A stretch of DNA of 8,998 nt from contig CAYLXZ010000028.1 of the NCBI GenBank assembly GCA_964388265.1, forward strand, positions 1 through 8,998. Direction: 5' to 3'. Position numbers and translations under genes: made by a program. Source of the DNA: Candidatus Micrarchaeota archaeon. GTDB lineage: Archaea > B1Sed10-29. Shown piece after piece: positions 1 to 7,600 of the stretch (position 1 is the first letter of the stretch; every line of letters begins with the position of its first letter). Below the pieces are notes generated by a model that did no database searches, was not told the origin of the DNA, and saw only the letters and a program-made list of their open reading frames with translations.

Positions 1-48
1 AGAAACTGGAGATAGCCTGAGACACGGGTTCAAATCCCGTTCGGAGCA
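1..48 (+). tRNA. tRNA, most likely tRNA-Glu, 3' portion only (truncated by window start); 1-13 looks like the 3' end of an intron (or split-tRNA leader) at position 37/38
   Basis: Anticodon-stem 3' strand GCCTG (15-19), short variable region AGAC (20-23), T arm ACGGG-TTCAAAT-CCCGT (24-40), acceptor 3' strand TCGGAGC plus discriminator A48. This matches the archaeal tRNA-Glu pattern (GCTCCG...CGGAGCA). No Glu anticodon lies where expected upstream of GCCTG, so the anticodon is not visible. Confidence 0.8.
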
Positions 49-70
49 TCTTAAGATCTTTATAGGATAA

Positions 71-154
71 GCGGGGATGCCTGAGCGGTCAAAAGGGCTA
101 GGCTTAGGACCTAGTGGCTTAGTGCCTTCAAGGGTTCAAATCCCTTTCCCCGCA
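71..154 (+). tRNA. tRNA-Leu (anticodon TAG)
   Basis: Full cloverleaf: acceptor GCGGGGA/TCCCCGC with A discriminator; anticodon arm CTAGG-CTTAGGA-CCTAG (TAG at 105-107); long variable arm; T arm AAGGG-TTCAAAT-CCCTT. CCA is not encoded. Confidence 0.97.
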
Positions 155-156
155 TC

Positions 157-191
157 CACTTCTCCCACACTTTCTTCAAAATTAGTTTTTT
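157..191 (+). terminator. Possible pyrimidine/T-rich archaeal terminator after the tRNA pair
   Basis: CACTTCTCCCACACTTTCTTC followed by a T run directly 3' of tRNA-Leu. Assigned by position and composition only. Confidence 0.3.
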
Positions 192-197
192 ATTAAG
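186..197 (+). promoter_or_regulatory. Putative TATA box for the surface protein gene
   Basis: TTTTTTATTAAG about 30 nt upstream of the ATG at 227. Confidence 0.4.
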
Positions 198-226
198 CGA
201 GTTCCTTCTCTTACCAGGGTTTAATC

Positions 227-1723
227 ATGAAGATAAAGATATTGAAGGTATTAACTCTGATAATGGTTCTTCTCCCTATTGCATTCTCTTTGAATATAGT
301 AGAACCTGATACAGGAGCTTACCTATCTGGAGAAACGCAGATAGAGGTTTTGGTGGAAGATGAAAACGTTTCAAGAGTTGAAATCTATTGGGGAGCTACC
401 TCTCGAGGATGGAACAAGATAGATACCATTGAAGAGGGAGGTCAAGGAACATACACGACTAACTTTGATACCACTGATATGCCTGATTCATCTAACCTCC
501 TTATCAGAGCTAATGCGATTGAATGCTACTCTTCATGGGTGGAGGACAAGGGTGAGATATGCTGGTCATCCAAGACCGATATACATAAGAATATAACTAT
601 TGACAACACACCACCTAGAGTAAAGGAAGCTCCATGGATCATATTTAACAACCTAGGGGGTAACTTAACAGCTAAGATGCAGGTTAAGATAACAGACAAG
701 CTTACAGGGATAAAAGAAGTAAATAAACCAGTAATAGATAGGAAAAAAGATGAATACATCCTAGATATTGAAGAAAACCTAGTTAACTCCACTATTATCT
801 TTGAGGACGGAGCGGGAAACCAAGAAGAACACAAACTAGGATACATCTTATCAAATAATAACTTAACTTCTCTGGAGAATAACACTGTCTCAGAGCAAGA
901 GTACAGGAAGAAAGATTCCCTTGAGAACACAGGGGAAAACAGCTTCTACTACTACATCACTCATTCCTCTCTAGAAGGAAGTGAAGAGGTCGATGGATTG
1001 GAGTTCACAGGAGGACTTCACCCAGGAGAATCCACTTCACTTGAAACAACATGGAAAGGAGACTGGATAGAACTAGACCAAAGCAAATGGACACAGAACC
1101 AGGAGAAGAAATCAACTCCTGATGAAGTTCACTTCAAAGCTAACTCAACCATAAAAGCTAAAGAAATCCTACCTGAATCCACTGAAGTCACGTATGAACC
1201 TAGACAACAGGACCTAGAGAAATGTTCCTATATAGAGACCGAGAAAAGGGATTTAGGTGAATTGGATCCTGGTGAAGGAAGAAACTTATCCTTGAAGTCA
1301 AAGGTTGACTGCATAGGGAATTTGAATCTATCAGAATGGAGTTCTCTCAATGATTCAGGTAGCTTGACTGCTGGCTACGAATATATTGCAAATAACTTTT
1401 CGAGTACCTTGAATGTGACTTACCAGGTGCCTGAAGATCAGTTACCTGAGAACTACAGCTGTGAAGAGGGCTGCTCGAAGAAAAAGAAAACCGTTCCCGG
1501 TAACTCAACTGATGTTTACTTCCAGGTAGAGGAAGATCAGAGTTCCAGTAAAATCAAAGATAGTGAAGATCAGGAAACAGGGGTTACAGGGTTAATGTCA
1601 GGTTCTTTAGGCGAATCTGTTTTATTTGAAGCAGGATTAGGTCTCTTTGTTTTAAGTATAATCTTGGGAGTTACTTATTTCTTGAAGAAGAGAAGGATTA
1701 ATAATGAAACGGAAGAGATCTAG
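227..1723 (+). CDS. Secreted, C-terminally membrane-anchored surface glycoprotein with probable Ig-like/beta-sandwich domains (function unknown)
   Basis: N-terminal signal peptide (MKIKILKVLTLIMVLLPIAFS). Ig-like repeat hallmarks: 'P..G..LSG', 'ITIDNTPP', 'D.AGN', and two 'L.PGE' motifs. 14 N-X-S/T sequons in the ectodomain and six Cys. C-terminal hydrophobic helix followed by KKRR. Confidence 0.8.
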   Translation: MKIKILKVLTLIMVLLPIAFSLNIVEPDTGAYLSGETQIEVLVEDENVSRVEIYWGATSRGWNKIDTIEEGGQGTYTTNFDTTDMPDSSNLLIRANAIECYSSWVEDKGEICWSSKTDIHKNITIDNTPPRVKEAPWIIFNNLGGNLTAKMQVKITDKLTGIKEVNKPVIDRKKDEYILDIEENLVNSTIIFEDGAGNQEEHKLGYILSNNNLTSLENNTVSEQEYRKKDSLENTGENSFYYYITHSSLEGSEEVDGLEFTGGLHPGESTSLETTWKGDWIELDQSKWTQNQEKKSTPDEVHFKANSTIKAKEILPESTEVTYEPRQQDLEKCSYIETEKRDLGELDPGEGRNLSLKSKVDCIGNLNLSEWSSLNDSGSLTAGYEYIANNFSSTLNVTYQVPEDQLPENYSCEEGCSKKKKTVPGNSTDVYFQVEEDQSSSKIKDSEDQETGVTGLMSGSLGESVLFEAGLGLFVLSIILGVTYFLKKRRINNETEEI

Positions 1724-2119
1724 TTAATCTACCTTGAATTTATGCCCGTAGGCTATTACTCCTTCTTCACTGCTGTTTACCTTTCTGAAAACTTTCTTTA
1801 CTTTTTTCCCTATCTCTATCTCACTTTCATCGGAGTCCACTATCTGTGCGAACACGGTGACTTCGTTTTCCAGTTCTATGAGCCCTATATAGTAGGGTGT
1901 TTCGTCTTCGAAGTCCTTGTGAGCTGCGTGTATCTGTGAGTAGCTCTTTATCTTTCCCGTCCTAGGCATCTCTTTGTCCTCTAGTTTTCCTTTTCTCCTG
2001 CAGTTCGGGCAGATCTTTCTCTTTGGATAGAAGTCTTCTCCGCAGTTCTTACAGTGATTTCCTTCTAGCCTGTATCTTTCTGGGTATTTTCTCCAGTTCA
2101 ATGGTATTGCTTCTTTCAT
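1724..2119 (-). CDS. DUF35 family Zn-ribbon + OB-fold protein (scaffold of the archaeal thiolase/HMG-CoA synthase complex)
   Basis: CKNC and CPNC zinc ribbon in 'RYRLEGNHCKNCG..FYP.RKICPNC', OB-fold C-terminus ending 'YGHKF'. Abuts the thiolase gene, with SD AGGTGAT upstream. Confidence 0.93.
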   Translation of the reverse strand: MKEAIPLNWRKYPERYRLEGNHCKNCGEDFYPKRKICPNCRRKGKLEDKEMPRTGKIKSYSQIHAAHKDFEDETPYYIGLIELENEVTVFAQIVDSDESEIEIGKKVKKVFRKVNSSEEGVIAYGHKFKVD

Positions 2120-3289
2120 TTAATCACCTTTTTTGAGTAGATGTACTACTGCGCTAGCTCCGCTTCCTCCTACGTTGTGTGTTAAACCTATTTCAGGGTC
2201 CTTCACCTGTCTTTCTCCGGCTTTGCCTGTGAGTTGCTTGTAGGCCTCTACTGCTTGTGCTACTCCTGTTGCTCCTACAGGGTGTCCTTTTGCTTTTAAT
2301 CCTCCAGAGGGATTTATTGGTATCTTTCCATCTCTCTTGGTTTCTCCTTTTTCCACTGCTTCTGCTGCTTTTCCTTTCTTGTAGAATCCTAGGTCTTCCA
2401 TTGCCATTATTTCTGCTATTGTGAAGCAGTCGTGTACTTCAGCAAAGTCAACATCGCTTGGCTTTAAATCTGTTTCTTTGTATGCTTTTTCACTTGCTCT
2501 CTCCGTTGCTTTGAGCTTTGTTATTGATTCTCGGTTTGCTAGGTCCAGTGTGTCGCTGGCTTGGCTGGATGCCGTTATCTCTATGTATTCTCTTCCTTCT
2601 TCCTCAGCTTTTTCTTTAGTTGTAAGTGTCACTGCGGCTGCTCCGTCCGTTAATGGAGAGCAGTCGTATAATTTTAGAGGAGTAGCTACTTTTGGTGACT
2701 TCATGACTGAATCTATGGAGATTTCTCTTTGGAACTGCGCGTACGGGTTCTTTGCTCCGTTCTCATGGTTCTTCACGGCTACCTGTGCCAGTTGTTTCTC
2801 TGTGGTTCCATATTTCTCCATGTGTTTCCTTGCCATTAATGCGTATATTCCTGCGAATGTTCCTCCGTTGAATATCTCGGTTTCTTGGTCTCCTGCTCCT
2901 CCGAGTGCGAAGTTCGCTCTTCCTGTGGAGACGTCTATCATTTTTTCTCCGCCTCCTACCACGACTAGGTCGTGTTCTCCTGAGGCTACGGATAGGTAAC
3001 CTGTTCTTAGTGCAGTTCCTCCTGAGGCGCAGGCTGACTCTACTCGAGTCGATGGTATTGGGTTCAGTCCTACTTGGTCGGCTACGAGTGCTCCTATGTG
3101 CTCTTGTCCTATTAGTCTTCCTGATGCCATGCACCCTGTGTATAGGGCGTCTATCTCGTCTCCTTTTATCTCGCTTTCTTTAACTGCTTTTACTCCTGCT
3201 TCGGCTATGAGGTCTTTGAAGCTTTCTTCCCATCTTTCTCCGAACTCTGTTAGTCCTGTTCCGATTATCACGACTTTTCTATCGTTCAT
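2120..3289 (-). CDS. Acetyl-CoA acetyltransferase (acetoacetyl-CoA thiolase, archaeal/SCP2-like type)
   Basis: Catalytic Cys in 'VESACASG'; motifs 'DCSPLTDGAAA', 'EVHDCF', 'GHPVGATG', 'HNVGG'. ATGA overlap with HMG-CoA synthase and SD GGAGG. Confidence 0.96.
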   Translation of the reverse strand: MNDRKVVIIGTGLTEFGERWEESFKDLIAEAGVKAVKESEIKGDEIDALYTGCMASGRLIGQEHIGALVADQVGLNPIPSTRVESACASGGTALRTGYLSVASGEHDLVVVGGGEKMIDVSTGRANFALGGAGDQETEIFNGGTFAGIYALMARKHMEKYGTTEKQLAQVAVKNHENGAKNPYAQFQREISIDSVMKSPKVATPLKLYDCSPLTDGAAAVTLTTKEKAEEEGREYIEITASSQASDTLDLANRESITKLKATERASEKAYKETDLKPSDVDFAEVHDCFTIAEIMAMEDLGFYKKGKAAEAVEKGETKRDGKIPINPSGGLKAKGHPVGATGVAQAVEAYKQLTGKAGERQVKDPEIGLTHNVGGSGASAVVHLLKKGD

Positions 3290-4329
3290 TCGTGAACCTC
3301 CTTTAGTTTGTTCATGTATCTGGCGTAGGTTCCGTAGTCCACGTACTTTTTTTCGTCTATCTTGTCTTGTAGTGTTTCCTCAGGTTTTGAGTCTGTTATC
3401 TGCGGTTTTGTTTCTATTAGGAAGGAGTCACTTCCTGCTCCGCTTCCGTAGGATGTTAGCATTATTCTTTGGTTTGGTTTTGCTTGATCCAGGACGTTAG
3501 CTAGGCCTATGAAGGTTGCGGCGGAGTACGTGTTACCTATCTGTGGTGTGATTAATCCTGGTTTTATTTTCTCTAGTGGTATGTCTAGTTTTTTACCTGC
3601 TTTCAATGGGAATTTTCCGTTTGGTTGGTGGAATACGAAGTAGTCGAAGTCCTCTTTGTTTAGTCTTGTTTCTTTGAGCAGTTTCTTCGTGGAGTTCAGA
3701 ACGTGTTTGAAGTACGCTGGTTCTCCTGTGAATCTTCCTCCGTGTCTTGGGAACTCTTGAGCTTCTCTTCTCCAGAAGTCAGGTGTGTCCGTGGTATATG
3801 ATACGGTTTCTTTTATCTCAGCTATCTTTCCTTCTTTATCTAGCACTACGGTTCCGGCTCCACATCCTGCGCTGTATTCCAGGGCGTTATTTGGGCTGGA
3901 TTGGGAAGTGTCGGTTCCAATTGCCATTCCTTTCTCTATTTGTCCGCTGTTTATCATTCCCATTAGTGCTTGGATTCCTGCTGTTCCGGCTTTGCATGCG
4001 AACTCGAGGTCAGCTCCGGTTAGGTCTGGAGTTGCTCCGATTGCTTCTGCTACTATCCCTGCTGTTGGTTTCACTGCGTAGGGTGGGCTTTCGCTTCCCA
4101 CATAGATTGCCTGTATTTCCTCTGGGTTTATTGAGTTTGTTTTTATGGCTTCTCTTGCTGCTTCTACTGCTAGTGTCGCGCTGTCTTCATCGTGGTGTCT
4201 TACGGTTTTTTCCCGGATATTAAGACTTTTCTTCATTGTTTCTGGGTTTTCTCCCCATTGTCTGGCTATTTCTTCTGCTTTTATCCTTCTCAGTGGTATT
4301 GAGGTACCGTATGAGTTTATTCCTACCAT
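3286..4329 (-). CDS. Hydroxymethylglutaryl-CoA synthase, archaeal type
   Basis: Motifs 'GSESPPYAVKP', catalytic 'EFACKAGT', 'DTPDFWRR', 'RFTGEPAYFKH', 'FHQPNGKFP', 'GNTYS', 'SYGSGAGSD'. Clustered with thiolase and DUF35. Confidence 0.97.
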   Translation of the reverse strand: MVGINSYGTSIPLRRIKAEEIARQWGENPETMKKSLNIREKTVRHHDEDSATLAVEAAREAIKTNSINPEEIQAIYVGSESPPYAVKPTAGIVAEAIGATPDLTGADLEFACKAGTAGIQALMGMINSGQIEKGMAIGTDTSQSSPNNALEYSAGCGAGTVVLDKEGKIAEIKETVSYTTDTPDFWRREAQEFPRHGGRFTGEPAYFKHVLNSTKKLLKETRLNKEDFDYFVFHQPNGKFPLKAGKKLDIPLEKIKPGLITPQIGNTYSAATFIGLANVLDQAKPNQRIMLTSYGSGAGSDSFLIETKPQITDSKPEETLQDKIDEKKYVDYGTYARYMNKLKEVHE

Positions 4330-4375
4330 TTTTACATTCTTCCTCTGTTTGGCTTTGTTATCTTACTTATTGGGT

Positions 4376-4390
4376 GTTTAAAAGGTTTTC
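4376..4390 (-). promoter_or_regulatory. BRE-TATA promoter of the mevalonate operon
   Basis: Minus strand reads GAAAACC-TTTTAAAC (purine-rich BRE, then TATA-like box) about 47 nt upstream of the ATG at 4329. SD-like AGAGGAAG at 4346-4339. Confidence 0.6.
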
Positions 4391-4510
4391 GTTAGACGAA
4401 TAACGTAATTACGGTAATGAACGTAAGTTTTTATCTGTTCTTTTCCTTAAAAACCCAGGTTAGATAATCAAAGTATAAACAGTTTCAAACTTAGTTTTTC
4501 TTTGTAAATC

Positions 4511-4518
4511 TATATAAA
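4511..4518 (+). promoter_or_regulatory. Putative TATA box of the nrdD operon
   Basis: TATATAAA about 100 nt upstream of nrdD, implying a leader of roughly 70 nt. SD GGAGG at 4601-4605. Confidence 0.5.
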
Positions 4519-4611
4519 TTACTCTTTCCTTAATCCAACACATCAAACTGCATTGTAAATTGAACATAGAAACATGCAAAAATTAAGAAAACTAAAAACT
4601 GGAGGGAAAAA

Positions 4612-7600
4612 ATGAGTAAAATACAGAGAATAGAAAAAAGAGACGGTGAAGTAGTACCGTTCGACAAATCAAAGATCACAAACGCTATATACGCAGCGGC
4701 GAAATCAGTGGGAGAAGAAAGCAAGAAAGCATGCAAAGACCTAGCTGACGTAGTTACAAAGGAACTAGAAAGAAGATACGAAGACAAAAAAAGAGAACTA
4801 CCCGACGTAGAGGAAATACAGAACCTAGTAGAAGAAGTACTGATGGAAAAAGCACATCCAAAAACAGCTAAAGCTTACATCCGATACAGACAACAACACG
4901 AAAACATAAGACAGATAAGCAGGTTCATAGAAGACGTTACACTCGTAGAAGACTACCTTAATAGAGACGACTGGGAAGTAAAGGAAAACGCGAACATGAG
5001 CTACTCTTTACAAGGGCTAAACAACTACTTAAGCGAAAAAGTAATCAGGAAATACTGGCTAAAGAAAATCTATCCTCAACAAGTACAAAATGCACACGAA
5101 GACGGAAAGTTCCATATCCACGACCTAGGAGTACTAGGACCATACTGCGTGGGATGGGACCTAAAAGACTTCCTGAAATCCGGGTTCGAAGGAGTAAGAG
5201 GAAAAATAGAGACAAAAGCCCCAAAACACCTTGACGCAGCACTAGGGCAACTAGTAAACCTACTCTACACACTACAAGGAGAAGCAGCAGGAGCACAAGC
5301 AGTATCAAACCTAGATACCATGATGGCTCCATTCATAGCGTACGATGACCTAAGCAGAAGAGAAGTAGAACAAGCATTAGAATCATGGGTATTCAACATG
5401 AATGTGCCAACAAGAGTAGGGTTCCAAACACCATTCACCAACGTGACAATGGATTTAACAGTTCCAAAGAGCCTAGAAGACGAGCCAGTGATCATAGGAG
5501 GAGAAGAACAAGATAAAACCTACGGGGACTTCCAAGAAGAGATGGACATGTTCAACGAAGTGTTCGCAGAGATAATGATGAAAGGAGACGCAAAAGGAAG
5601 ACCATTCACCTTCCCAATACCAACCTATAACATAACCAATGACTTCGACTGGGACAAAGAAACACTAGATCCAGTATGGGAGATGACAGCAAAGTACGGA
5701 ATACCATACTTCGCGAACTTCATCAACTCAGACATGGAAGCGGACGACGCAAGAAGCATGTGTCCCATAGATGGGGAAGAGAAAGTACTCATAAAATCCT
5801 CCAGAGGAAGAGAACTAGAATACAGTAAAATTAGAAATATCTATGAAGGAAATTCCAAACAAGAAGAATACGAAATCTTCAGCGATGGAAAATTCGTTAA
5901 AGGAGAATTCAACAAATTCAAGAACCAGGAAATGGTTAAAGTAACTTTAGAGAACAACCATGAGCTTAAAATGACGAAAGAACACTTAAACTTCATATTA
6001 AGAGATAGAAACAGTGAAATGGAAGAACTAAAAGGGAAAGAACTGAAAGAAGGAATGTATCTCCCCTATTCCCAGAAAAAATATGAAGGAAGAGAAAAAA
6101 GCAATAAAGAAATGGGTTACTTCATAGGAGCCTTTGCAGGTGATGGATCATTTGATGGAGAAACTACAGTAATCTTCTCTTTAAATAAAAACCAGGAAGA
6201 AGAAGTGGCTGAAGAACTAGCTGACATTGCAAGGAGATATTTCGGTGCCCACACAACCTTAACTCCCCATGAAGAAACCGAGTTGCTCACCCTCAAAGTT
6301 CATTCCCGAGCAGCAGTAGGATTATGCAAAGACTACGTCTCAGGAAAAGAAAGAGAAAAACACTATCGAGCACGGCTCTTTAACACCGGGATTGAATTTA
6401 GAGAAGGGGTAATCGAAGGACACTACGCAACAGATGGAGGAAACAGAAACCGTATATATACTTCTTCTGAAAAGATGGTAGAATCACTTAACATGCTAGC
6501 AGCTACTTTAGGAACAACTACAAGTGTTTACCAAGACGATAGAGAAGGGAGATTAGGTGAAGAACCTAACTACTCCGTGCTCATCTACCAGCTAAACAGA
6601 GATAAATATGGAGAACTATGGTTCAAAAAACACAACAAACTATGGGTGAAAATAAAGTCCATTGAAGACATTCCAAACAACACAGCCTACTGCTTCGAAG
6701 TAAAAAACGATGAACCCATCTTCACAGTAGGTAGTACAGGTATACTCACTCACAACTGCAGGCTCCGACTAGACAAGAGAGAACTAAAGAAAAGAGGAGG
6801 AGGACTATTCGGAGCAGACCCCAAGACAGGGAGCATCGGAGTAGTAACAATCAACATGCCCAGGATAGGGTACGAAGCGGACAATGAAGAAGAGTTCATG
6901 GAGATGCTCGAAGACAGAATGGATCTAGCAAAGAAAAGCCTGAAGATCAAGAGGGAAATCCTAGAAAGACTGACAGAGAAAGGACTGTTCCCATACTCCA
7001 AGTACTACCTCAGAGACATAAAAGAAGGCTACGGAGAGTACTGGAAGAACCACTTCAGCACCATAGGACTGAACGGAATGAACGACGCGCTTCTAAACTT
7101 CATGGACACTAATATAGGGACAGAAGAAGGAAGGAAGTTCGCGGAGAAAGTGCTAGTGAAGATGAGAGAAAAGCTAGCGGACTACCAAGAAGAAACAGGA
7201 GACATATTCAACCTAGAAGCAACACCAGCAGAAGGAACAAGCTACAGGCTAGCAAGAATAGACCAACAAAGATACCCAGACCTAAGAATACACAACCAGG
7301 AAAAATACGGAAGCAAGACACCTTACTACACAAACAGCACACAGCTACCAGTAGGATACACAAACGATCTATTCGAAGCGCTTGACAACCAAGACCCACT
7401 ACAAACCAAATACACTGGAGGAACCGTGTTCCACGGCTTCCTAGGAGAAAAGATGCCGGATAAAGAAGCGACAAAGAGCCTAGTGAAGAAGATAGCTAAC
7501 AACTACGAGCTACCGTACTACACTCTATCCCCAACATTCAGCGTGTGCCCAGAACACGGGTACATACCTGGAGAACACGAATACTGCCCAACATGCGATA

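Noticed and set aside
526..4381. Alternative-frame or antisense ORFs 526..930, 1742..1939, 2421..2999, 2763..3134, 2905..3183, 3096..3500, 3747..4223, 3785..4081, 4145..4381
   Set aside because: They overlap well-supported genes and have biased Ser/Phe/Leu- or Arg-rich translations, as expected from shadows of purine-rich coding strands. No recognisable motifs.
4330..4611. CRISPR array, riboswitch or NrdR box in the divergent intergenic region
   Set aside because: No repeat-spacer periodicity, no stable recognisable RNA fold, and no match to the bacterial NrdR-box consensus
4574..4615. 13-codon uORF (MQKLRKLKTGGKK) ending in an ATGA overlap with nrdD
   Set aside because: No SD of its own. 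Such short ORFs arise readily in A-rich leaders, and nrdD has a direct SD.
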